Assembly (NCBI GenBank): GCA_963845755.1
Contig: CAWJTV010000012.1
Coordinates: 32,001-96,000 of the forward strand
Direction: 5' to 3'
From: an uncultured Planctomycetota bacterium
GTDB lineage: Bacteria > Planctomycetota > Planctomycetia > Isosphaerales > Isosphaeraceae
Length of the DNA stretch: 64,000 bases
Shown here: piece after piece, positions 54,917 through 64,000 of the stretch
Numbering within the stretch: the first letter of the stretch is position 1
How the letters are laid out: the number at the start of each line of letters is the position of its first letter
Translations under genes and position numbers: made by a program
Notes under the pieces: generated by a model
What the model was told of the DNA's origin: nothing
Databases searched by the model: none
The model's input: the letters and a program-made list of their open reading frames with translations, nothing else

Positions 54917-55690
54917 ATGGGCAGCGTTTTGGACCGATTCCGGATCGACGGCAAGGTGGCGCTGGTGACCGGGGGCTCACGAGGGTTGGGACGCGTGATC
55001 GGCGAGGCACTGGCCAGCGCGGGGGCTTCCGTCACCGTGTCGGCCCGCCAGGCCGACGGAGCCCGGCAGGCGGCCGACGAGATTGCCAGTAAGACCGGAC
55101 GGAAGACCCTGGGCATTGCGGCGGATGTCTCGAACGCGGATCATGTCGAGGGGATGGTCGCGCGTGTGATCGAAACGTTCGGGCGCATCGATATCCTGGT
55201 CAACAATGCGGGGATCAATATCCGAAACCCGATCGAGCAGCTCAGTGAGGCGGACTGGGATACCGTGATCGACATCAATCTCAAGGGACCATGGCTGTGC
55301 TGCCGCGCAGTGGCCGCCCCGATGAAGCGTCAGAAGTGGGGACGGGTGATCAACGTCTCGAGCATGCTCGGCGAGATCTCGATGCCTGGGCGGTCTCCCT
55401 ACGCATCCAGCAAAGGGGGCCTGACGCTCTTGACCAAGACGCTGGCCCTCGAGTGGGCCCGAGATGGCATCAATGTCAACGCCCTCTGCCCGGGTCCGTT
55501 CGCCACCGAGATCAATACGCCTCTCCTGAATGACCCGGCCGCCCGCGCCCAGATGGAGGCCAACGTGCCATTGGCTCGTTGGGGCGACCCGGCCGAGCTG
55601 GGGCCGGCGGCGGTCTTTCTGGCGTCCGAGGCCTCGAGCTTCATGACCGGCGCAACCCTCTTCATTGATGGCGGTTACACGGCTCGGTGA
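54917..55690 (+). CDS. SDR family oxidoreductase (gluconate 5-dehydrogenase-like)
   Basis: TGGSRGLG, NNAG, YASSK, PGPFAT, IDGG. Confidence 0.92.
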   Translation: MGSVLDRFRIDGKVALVTGGSRGLGRVIGEALASAGASVTVSARQADGARQAADEIASKTGRKTLGIAADVSNADHVEGMVARVIETFGRIDILVNNAGINIRNPIEQLSEADWDTVIDINLKGPWLCCRAVAAPMKRQKWGRVINVSSMLGEISMPGRSPYASSKGGLTLLTKTLALEWARDGINVNALCPGPFATEINTPLLNDPAARAQMEANVPLARWGDPAELGPAAVFLASEASSFMTGATLFIDGGYTAR

Positions 55691-55778
55691 CGATTGTGAA
55701 CCCGTCCGTTCCTCAGGTGTCTAGCCCCTCGGTGGCAGGACTTGACGAGAAAGCGGACCGAAGATGGTATTCGGGCTT

Positions 55779-55841
55779 CGTCGGGTGGGTGAAACCCACC
55801 AGGATCGGGCTCCTTCATTGGTGGGTTTCACCCACCCTACG
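55779..55841. repeat. GTAG-type REP pair
   Basis: CGTCGGGTGGGTGAAACCCACC...GGTGGGTTTCACCCACCCTACG in inverted arrangement. Confidence 0.8.
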
Positions 55842-55907
55842 GGGTTCTCGGATCGTCTCCAGGCCGACCTCAGTCTTCGGGAGACCTTACACGTGCAAGA
55901 CCCTGCA

Positions 55908-57096
55908 ATGTTGGTGATCCCTCGCGGCTTCCGTGCAGCCGGCGTCAAGGCCGGGATCAAGCCGTCGGGCGGCCTCGACCTGGCGATCCTCGCGGCGGAT
56001 CGTCCCTGCGCATCGGCCGGAATGTTCACGACCAATCAAGTTTGTGCCGCTCCGGTGAGGTGGTGCCGGCAGCTCCTGCCCTCCAACGACATCCTCGCCT
56101 TGGTCGTGAATGCCGGGAACGCCAACGCGGCAACCGGCGCCGAGGGCCTTGCCAATGCCGGGCGGACCGCTTCCAAGGCGTCGGCGCTCCTGGGTTGCCG
56201 GCCCGAGCAGGTCCTGGTCGCCTCGACCGGAGTCATCGGCCACCAGCTTCCCATGGACCGGCTGGAAGCCGGCCTGGAACAGGCGACCGCCGGCCTCTCG
56301 ACGGATCCCGAGTCGTTCCGGACCGCAGCCCATTCGATCATAACCACCGACACCCGCCCGAAGATCGTCTGGGAGCGCCGAACGATCGACGGCCGAGAGG
56401 TCCGGCTGCTGGGAATGGCCAAGGGGGCCGCGATGATCGGTCCTCGCATGGCCACCATGCTTGCATTTCTCATGACCGATGCACCGCTCTGGGCCAACAC
56501 GCTTCAAGACATCCTCACCGACGCAGTCGACTCCTCTTTCAATTGTTTGACGGTCGAAGGACACGCCAGCACGAACGACACGGTCCTCTTGATGTCCAGC
56601 ACGGCTGCAGACGAGCCGATCCTTCAGGGCGAGGATGTCCTGGCGTTCACCGAGATGGTCCGCGTGGCCTGCGAATCGCTCGCCCAGCAGATCGCCGATG
56701 ACGGCGAGGGCTCAACCCACTTCATCACCATCGATGTCTCGGGATGTGAGAGCACAGCCGATGCGCCGCGCGATCGCCCGGGCCGTGGCCGAAAGCCCAC
56801 TGGTGAAGACCGCCATTCACGGCGCCGATCCGAACTGGGGCCGGATCGTCTCGGCCGCGGGGTATGCCGGTGTGACGTTTCCGGAGGAAGCTCTCTCGCT
56901 CTGGATCAATGGGGTCGCCGTGTATCAGGCCGGCGTGCCGGTCCCATTCGACGCCGAGGGTCTATCCCGTTCCTTGAAGAGTCGCCGCGCGGTGGACCTC
57001 CGGCTCGCGCTCAGATCGGGGGAGGCATCGGCCCGCTTCTGGACCTGCGACCTGACCGCCGAGTACGTGCGACTGAACGCCGACTACACGACATGA
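55908..57096 (+). CDS. argJ: Glutamate N-acetyltransferase/amino-acid acetyltransferase, frameshift near 56760
   Basis: NAGNANAATG, STGVIG, TTDT, KGAAMIGPRMATML, STNDT, DGEG, SPLVKTA..G.DPNWGR, DLTAEYVRLNADYTT. Confidence 0.95.
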
Positions 57097-57230
57097 TGGC
57101 GGAGATTCTCGCTCGATCCTCACTCCCGCCCCTTTTTGCATTCTGGTCGCGCAATCTCCTGCCGGATCGGATAAAATCGTTTCGCGCGCCCCCCTGATCG
57201 GTCGAAGAGCGGCCGTGGCGGCAGGACTCC

Positions 57231-57385
57231 CCTAACGCGGCCTTCGGCCGCAACCCCATCGGGATTCCCGATTCGAGATTCCGGATTCCCGAAGGGGAAT
57301 GATCCGGAAATCCGGAATCTCGAATCCGGAATTCGGAATCCCCAGATGCGCAGGGCGCAGGGATCGCTACGGAGGACGACTCTAA
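57231..57385. repeat. ~155-bp palindromic heptamer-repeat element, copy 2
   Basis: Closely matches 19078..19240, with one fewer heptamer in the right arm. Confidence 0.9.
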
Positions 57386-57480
57386 TAATTCGATCTCCTT
57401 GAACGAACGATGGTGTAGAGGATGGGGAGAGTGCATTCTCGTTCGACATCCACTTACAGGCGGTCCCGGGAACGAAGGCG

Positions 57481-58420
57481 ATGAACAAGTCGATCAAGAC
57501 CCTGGCGATGCTGGGTAGCGGACTGGTCCTGCTGAGCGTCTCAGTAGTGATCGTGAACCAGACCGTTCAAGTGGTGCAACTGGCCAAGGAAGTCCATCCG
57601 GTCTTCGGGACCGTAACGCTGTGGGGCCTCTTGCTTTCCTACGCGGCACTGGTCGGGGTCCCGATCGTGATGATCGTTCGGATGCCGCGTCCCCTCTCGC
57701 CGCCAGTGAACGAGTCGGGGCCGGAATTCGAGAGCCACATCGCGGAATTGGGCAAGCGCCTGGCTTCGAACCCGCAGGTCCGGCTGGCATCGATCCAGCC
57801 GATCGATCGCCGGGGAGTCGACGACGCACTGCGACTGCTCGACGAGGATGCGACGCGGGTCGTCCAGGCAGATGGCCTCGACGGTCTTCCTCACCACGGC
57901 CGTTTCCCAGAGCGGCCGGCTCGACGTGCTTCTGGTCCTGATGGCTCAGTCGCGCATGATCTGGCGGATCGCCCACCTCTATTACCAGCGTCCGTCGTTG
58001 CGCGAGCTGATGCATCTGTATTCGAATGTGGCCGCGACGGCGTTCGTGGCCGGGGAGCTCGACGACCTGGAATTGCATCAGATGATCCAGCCGGTGGCGG
58101 CGGGATCCTTGGGCGCCGTGACCGGCGCGATCCCCGGTTTCCAGGTCATGACGACGATCATGGTCAACTCGCTCCTGAGCGGCAGCGCGAATGCATTCCT
58201 GACGTTGCGGGTCGGGCTGATCGCCAAGGGTTACTGCGGGTCGCTGGTCGCCCAGCCGCGGGCCAAGCTGCGCCGATCCGCCACGACGGAAGCGGCCCGC
58301 CTCCTCACGGGAATCGTCAAGGAGAGCGGTGCGCGTGTTCGGGACGCGATCTGGAGAGATATCAAGCAAAAGCTCCCGCGTCCCTGGCCGCTGCGCAAGG
58401 GTGAGCCCGAGCCCGTGTGA
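57481..58420 (+). CDS. YcjF/DUF697 family membrane protein, frameshift near 57870
   Basis: Two N-terminal TMs; VFLTTAVSQSGRLD, IAHLYYQRP, GSANAFLTLRVG. Confidence 0.75.
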
Positions 58421-58756
58421 ACGAATCCGCGGCCCTCGTCCCGGACGACGATCGCAGTCCGCGCCGCCGGTTACAAAACACCCGGTCGGCGAATCGGCCT
58501 CGATCGCATCGGTGGGGAATCCGTTGCAATCTTCCGCGGATTTCGCGGAATTCGCTCTAGGAACGAGTCACATGAGCTGATTATACTGGGGGATGGTTGG
58601 AAATCGAACGAGTGCGTGTCGTAGATCCGTGCGGAACCTGATCGCTTGCCTCTCTCGCCTTTCCACCCACCGGGCCGTCACCCCGGCCCTTCGGAAGCGA
58701 CCCAGAGACTGACAGTGATCGCTGGGTCGCGAGGCTTTGGTCTGAGGAGATTGATA

Positions 58757-59128
58757 GTGGGTAAGAAACTGTATGTCGGAAACCTCGCCTATCGGGTGAG
58801 CAGTTCCGACCTGGAGCAGATGTTTTCGCAGTATGGCAGCGTGGAAAGCGCGGAGGTCATCTCCGACCGCGACACGGGCAGGAGCAAAGGCTTCGGATTT
58901 GTCGAGATGAGCTCCGACAACGAAGCACGGGCAGCGATCGACGCCCTTCATGATCAGGAGCAGGATGGTCGTCGCCTGACAGTCAATGAGGCCAGGCCCC
59001 GTGAGCCCCGGCCGGGGCGGCGGGGGAGGCGGTGGTGGTGGCGTGGCGGTGGTGGCGGCGGAGGAGGTGGAGGCGGAGGAGGCGGTCGAGGTGGTCGTAG
59101 CGGCGGGTATGACAGCCGTCGCTATTGA
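58757..59128 (+). CDS. RRM RNA-binding protein with Gly-rich tail
   Basis: KKLYVGNL (RNP2), SKGFGFVEM (RNP1), LTVNEARP; GAGGAG RBS and GTG start. Confidence 0.93.
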   Translation: MGKKLYVGNLAYRVSSSDLEQMFSQYGSVESAEVISDRDTGRSKGFGFVEMSSDNEARAAIDALHDQEQDGRRLTVNEARPREPRPGRRGRRWWWRGGGGGGGGGGGGGGRGGRSGGYDSRRY

Positions 59129-59516
59129 TCGCACACTCTGACCCTCGACTCCCATCAGCATTGGCTTCGCGATTCGTGGTTGCCATCCTGATCCAAACGA
59201 AGACCGCCGTGTGTCACTCGATGCATGGCGGTCCCCTATCCTTCCCACACGTCTCTCCCAATTCTTTCGTTCAGCCCGTACAACCTCATGCGCGCCTTTC
59301 GAAGCCAGACCAGCGCGCGCTACACGCTCGGGTTGCAGACGAGTCGTGTGTTTAGTGCTCTGAGAGCACCGATTCCCGCGCCCGGGGCAATCGGGTGCTC
59401 ACAGATCGTCCAGGGGCTGACGTCCCTGTCTACATGCGGTCGCCCCGCCAGGGCTTTGTTGAACAAATCAGGGAGTTCCGATCCGGAGTCGAAGCCCTCT
59501 CGGAGCTGGGGACGGA

Positions 59517-59976
59517 TCACTCGGTCTTGTTCTTGGCGATGGCCAGGGGACGGAGCACCGCGAGCATGGTGTTGAGATGGGCCAATCGAGGCCCGAACCG
59601 GTTAACGAAGTCGCTGAGCGAGAAATCGCCTTCCATCAGGTTCTCATGGTTGTCTTCCACGTAAATGGCCAGCTCGCCCATCAACGAGGCATGAACCTGT
59701 TCGAGCCGGCCGAGTGTATCTCGGCAGGATTCCAGGACATGCTCGTGGCCCGCCTGCCAGCGCCTCCAACTCCGCTCCCTGGCGGGCACGCTGTTCGCGG
59801 TTGACCTGGAGCAATTCGCGGGAAATCTCGAGCTGCTGACGCTGGAACTCGAGTTGCTGACGTTGAATCTCGAGCGTCTGATTCTGGAGGTTCGCCAGAA
59901 GATGCAGGAGCAGGATCGGATCGTTCGGATTGGCGATGCTTGCGGCGGGATTCTGGCCGGTCGGGGAAACCTCCAT
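59517..59976 (-). CDS. Hypothetical coiled-coil protein, frameshift near 59760
   Basis: QLEFQRQQLE coil joined to RFGPRLAHLNTML C-terminus. Confidence 0.6.
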
Positions 59977-60239
59977 GCGATAAGTCCAGGCTGCCGAGGC
60001 CGATGAGGGGTTTTCGCGCGATGACACTCGAGCCTCCTCCGCTTGTTCCTTGGGATTTCGCGACGGATTCCCCCGGTCAGGTGGAACCAGGAGTCGGCTC
60101 CGGCGCAACATGATTGGGTTATTCTACGCCACAACACCCTGCCCGGATAGGCCAGTGGCCGGTGCTTTGTCGAAGCATCCGCTTCCCGCGGGCGTCGAGA
60201 CCTCGGGAGCGTCTCGACTCTCTGGATTGGACACAAGAA

Positions 60240-61129
60240 TCATGTGACGAGATCCGGATCGGGCATCCAATGCACGAATGCGTCGGGAAGGGCGTCAACG
60301 ATGTCGCCTGCAATCATCCCCACCTCGCCGTGGTGGTCGCGTGCGATGTCTCCGGCCAGCCCGTGAATGAAGACACCCAACTGAGCCGCCTCGAACGCCG
60401 GGAGCTTCTGAGCCACGAGCGCGGCGATGACTCCCGTCAGGACGTCGCCGGTGCCGCCGGTGGCCATTCCGGGGTTCCCCGTGGCGTTGACACCGTATCG
60501 GCGGCCGTCGGTGACGACCGTACCGGCCCCCTTGAGCACAACGACGAGGGGCCCGGAAATCGCCGCCATCGCCGCGGCGTGCTGGACGCGGTCCGACTGC
60601 ACTTCCAAACGTCCTTGCCGCAAAGCCGGGCGAACTCGCCCGGATGGGGTGTCAGGATGACCGGACGCTCCAATCCCTCCAGGAGCTCCAGTTGGCCTGA
60701 CAGGGCATTGAGCCCATCGGCGTCGATCACGAGAGGGCGGTCGGTCTCGGTGATCAGGAATCGAACGAGATGTCGGATTCCGTCCGACTGGCCGAGCCCG
60801 GGTCCAATCGCCACGACGCTGGCCGGCGCAATCAGGCCCTCGAGCATGGGCCGGGCCCGACTCAGGTCGATCAACCCGTCCTCGTCGCAGGGAAGCGGAT
60901 AGGTCATATAGCATGGCTCGAAACTCGCGACGACCGGCTGGACTTCGGCCGACGTGGCGACGCGGACCAGCCCGGCACCCGATCGGAGCGCGGCGGCACC
61001 GCAGAGCGCGGCGGCACCACCCATACCACGGCCGCCGGCCACGACCAGCACCGTGCCGTAGCGTCCCTTGTGGCTGTCTCGCGGTCGGGGCGGCAGGCTC
61101 GGGACCCGATCGACCAATTCCAGCGCCAT
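60240..61129 (-). CDS. nnrD: ADP-dependent NAD(P)H-hydrate dehydratase, frameshift near 60605
   Basis: SHKGRYG, GAGLV, IGPGLG, IDADGLN, LTPHPGEFARL, LKG, GNPGMATGGTGDVLTG. Confidence 0.92.
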
Positions 61130-61291
61130 GATGCACCTCACTCGGACGGGCCATGGGTCCCGGCTATGTCCGGGGTCTTCATCTCGCCATCTTCCGTCAA
61201 CGTTCGTTTGATCGGTTGGACGCCCAACTTGTGGCGGAATACGACCGGCTAAGCCGGGACTCCGACCCGTCGATCCCCGACCCACGCGCCC

Positions 61292-62116
61292 CTACTCCGC
61301 CGGACTCGCCTGATCCGGCTGGACCACGGGATCACCCGCTGTCCCCGTCTCACGCGCCTGACCCATTCGCCTGGCGATCAAACCGGCGATATGACCGCCA
61401 TTGAAGCCGGCGTCGATGTTGACGACCACAACGTTCGATGCACAGCTATTGAGCATTCCGAGCAGGGCGGCAACCCCGTGGAAATGGGCGCCGTAACCGA
61501 TGCTCGTGGGTACGGCGATGACCGGGCAGCCGACCAGACCTCCGACGACGCTCGGGAGCGCCCCTTCCATGCCGGCGACGACCACGAGTGCATCGGCGTT
61601 TTCGAGCTGGGGAAGCTGATGGAGGAGACGGTGCAATCCCGCGACCCCGACATCCGCGATCAGCTTGACCTCGCAGTTCCACGCCTCGGCGGTGACCTGC
61701 GCCTCCTCGGCCACGGGCAGATCGCTGGTCCCCGCCGTCACGATCACCACGCGGCCGAGCTTCTCCGCCTGTTGCTCCGGTCCCACGATCCGGAACGTCC
61801 GGGCCACCGCGTTATGCTCGCCGTCGGGAAAGGCGGTGCGGAGATGCGCGGCCACCTGAGGATCGACCCGCGTGACCAGTCCGCCCTGATCGTGTGCGAA
61901 AAGCGTCCGGAGGATGGACTCGATCTGAGCGGCCGTCTTCCCCTGGCCGAAAATCACCTCGGGGAATCCGCAGCGCAGCCGACGGTGCAGGTCCACCTTG
62001 GCGAAGCCGCCGGCGTCCTGAAAAGGCTGGACGCGAACCCGGTGTGCGGCCTCGTTGACCGTGAGGCGACCCTCTCGCACGGCCTCGAGGAGTTGCCTGA
62101 GCTGGTGAGAATCCAT
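61292..62116 (-). CDS. larB: Nickel-pincer cofactor biosynthesis protein LarB (PurE-like)
   Basis: AKVDLHRRLRCGFPEVIFGQGKT, TAGTSDLPVAEEA, DVGVAGLHRL, AGMEGALPSVV, PTSIGYG, VNIDAGF. Confidence 0.9.
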   Translation of the reverse strand: MDSHQLRQLLEAVREGRLTVNEAAHRVRVQPFQDAGGFAKVDLHRRLRCGFPEVIFGQGKTAAQIESILRTLFAHDQGGLVTRVDPQVAAHLRTAFPDGEHNAVARTFRIVGPEQQAEKLGRVVIVTAGTSDLPVAEEAQVTAEAWNCEVKLIADVGVAGLHRLLHQLPQLENADALVVVAGMEGALPSVVGGLVGCPVIAVPTSIGYGAHFHGVAALLGMLNSCASNVVVVNIDAGFNGGHIAGLIARRMGQARETGTAGDPVVQPDQASPAE

Positions 62117-62479
62117 CGAAGCGACCTCAGGGCCTGGGGACGGGCTGCCTCGCGCTGGGCTGAATGCCTCCGGACCCCACTCCGTTGTAACCGCCGGAAT
62201 CCGGGTTCGCAACCGGCGGCCCCATTCTGGCCCCGGGAACAAAAGGTCCATCCCTCCCGACCGCGACATCCCGGAGACTCGCCGCGCGGCGTGCCCTGAT
62301 CGCGTCACGGCGAAGGCCCGAGCCGGATTGAGCTATCGCATCGGCGATCGCGTATGGTAACCTTGTCGTTCGAGACTCGAGCGGATCGGGCTCCTCTCCG
62401 GACGGATGCAAACTCGGGCGGAACCTCGCGCGTCACCGTGTCGGACGGGCTCACTGCCAGCCAGGATCGAGGATGCCGC

Positions 62480-63445
62480 ATGTCGGCCAGCCCATCAAGA
62501 GTTCGAGCGGTCCGCAATCCCGCCGGCGCGCCCGTACCGATCGCCGGGCCTCCCGACTGCCCTGCCGTCGTGAAGGAACCGACCGCCGAGGAACTCCTCG
62601 GCGCCGTACCTTGGTGGACGCCCGAGTCGATCAAGGGCTGGGCAGGATCGGTATCACTCCACGCCGTCCTCCTGCTGATCCTCTGGTTCTGGGTCTCCGC
62701 GGCGCGGAGCGACGGCCCGATCGCGTTCGATTCGCGCCTCGCGGGGTCGCCTAACGGTGTACCCGACGTCAACTCCCTCACCGGCGGACTCAATACGCCA
62801 CTCCCCATCCCGATGGCTCCCCCCGACCAGAGCGACCTCCCTCTCCTCACGGCCCCATTGACTCAGATGGACTCCATCCCGATCGAGGCCGACCTGAGGT
62901 TCAGTGCGAACAAGACTCCCAGCGCCGGCGGCGGCGACCCGAACGAAAACCCGGGTGCTGGCGACGGTGATGGATTTGGACTCGCCCGATTCGGCGAGGG
63001 CGGCGAGTTGATCCACGGCGTCACGGTCAAGGTCGGCGATCCGCAATTCACCCTGATCTGGAACACCGATGGGGTCGACCTGGATCTTCATGTCATCGAA
63101 CCGGGCGGCAAGGAGATCTTCTGGGAAGATCCCAAGGGTCTTCGAGGCGGTGAGCTGGATGTGGACAATACCAAGGGGTTCGGCCCGGAGAACGTCTACT
63201 GGCTCGTCGAGTCCGACGGTCCCGGCTCCGAGAAGGTCAAGGGACCTGGCCCTCCCGGCGTTTACAAATGGTATGTCGTCTACTGGGGAGGCTTTGGCGG
63301 TGTCGCCAGGCCGACTCACTGGCAAGTCCGCGTCAAGCACGCAGGCCAGGTGAACGTCTACCATGGCAAGTTCAAGTCGCTGGACGAGCATAGCAAGGTC
63401 CACACACTCAAAGTCGACCCACCCGGCACCAAACTCATCCCCTGA
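62480..63445 (+). CDS. Membrane-anchored protein with YfaP/DUF2135-like domain
   Basis: SVSLHAVLLLIL TM; FTLIWN..DLDLHVIEPGG...LDVDNTKGFGPEN. Confidence 0.75.
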   Translation: MSASPSRVRAVRNPAGAPVPIAGPPDCPAVVKEPTAEELLGAVPWWTPESIKGWAGSVSLHAVLLLILWFWVSAARSDGPIAFDSRLAGSPNGVPDVNSLTGGLNTPLPIPMAPPDQSDLPLLTAPLTQMDSIPIEADLRFSANKTPSAGGGDPNENPGAGDGDGFGLARFGEGGELIHGVTVKVGDPQFTLIWNTDGVDLDLHVIEPGGKEIFWEDPKGLRGGELDVDNTKGFGPENVYWLVESDGPGSEKVKGPGPPGVYKWYVVYWGGFGGVARPTHWQVRVKHAGQVNVYHGKFKSLDEHSKVHTLKVDPPGTKLIP

Positions 63446-63772
63446 ACCAGGCATGCGGCATCGCCCCCTCAAGAAGGGTCTCCTCGGCGAGTCCAGACTG
63501 CTCCTGCGAGGCCTCTGCTCTCAAGCCGGAAACCTTTCGAGCATCGGCGCTTCGGCACGACAAGCCACCATCCGCTCGCGGCTTCACGACCGGATACCGC
63601 CCATCGATCCAAGATTGGGAAGCATTCCGAGAATAACAGTCAGACGCCGGGAGTCGAACGCCGGCACTCCCGCGGGCTTGACGTCCGTCATCGCGAATGG
63701 CTGGCGGGGCGGGACTGGATCTTCGGATCCGGGGGAAGAGTCGCCGGCTCGACTCGACCCGACATAGTGAGT

Positions 63773-63790
63773 TTGTTATGATTTTCACAA
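63773..63790. promoter_or_regulatory. Rex/Crp-like operator palindrome
   Basis: TTGTTATGATTTTCACAA versus Rex consensus TTGTGAA-N4-TTCACAA (2 mismatches). Confidence 0.45.
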
Positions 63791-63856
63791 AGGTAACGCC
63801 TGCCGGCGATCAAGCCGGCCCACCCGGCGACGTCCTGTCTATTCGATGAGGTTCTG

Positions 63857-64000
63857 ATGGCGAGCACGCTGCGAGAAGAACTCGCCTCACTGAAGATCGA
63901 ACGTCCCGACCCGTATTTCTCGGCGCGGGAGGATCCCGTAATCCGCACGGTCGTCGAGGAGGCGGAGGTGTACGGATTCTCTCCTGGCTGCTGTGGTTGA
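63857..64000 (+). CDS. 5' part of a probable efflux periplasmic adaptor (HlyD-like), truncated by the window end
   Basis: MASTLREELASLKIERP N-terminus, of a type seen in ABC/RND adaptor subunits; GAGG RBS. Confidence 0.45.
   Translation: MASTLREELASLKIERPDPYFSAREDPVIRTVVEEAEVYGFSPGCCG

Overview
GC-rich bacterial chromosomal segment, very probably from a planctomycete (Isosphaeraceae-like). Lineage markers include DUF1501 and DUF1549/DUF1553 genes, a YTV Cys-rich repeat protein, an ECF sigma plus Ser/Thr kinase-TPR pair, and an LExRxLLS motif. About 55 genes and one tRNA-Gln(TTG) are recognisable. Roughly 20 genes, including argJ and moaA, carry apparent frameshifts, most likely uncorrected long-read indels. 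The main result is a group 1h-type (high-affinity, Actinobacteria-type) [NiFe]-hydrogenase, hhySL, with no hyp maturation or respiratory partner genes in the window. It sits between a single-domain response regulator plus a REC-PAS-GGDEF-EAL protein upstream and a soluble PAS histidine kinase starting 6 bp after hhyL. This is a candidate trace-H2-sensing, c-di-GMP signalling system built on a group 1h enzyme; that role is inferred from gene context only. Also present: a molybdenum-cofactor cluster with a MocA-MoaD fusion whose Gly-Gly is masked, a ~750-aa 16-residue-periodic Cys-rich protein with a central turn, an IS5-family element interrupting an LRR gene, two MITEs carrying REP-like hairpins (one with a 10-bp target duplication), and a two-copy heptamer palindromic element. 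Family assignments come from motif recognition, not database searches.
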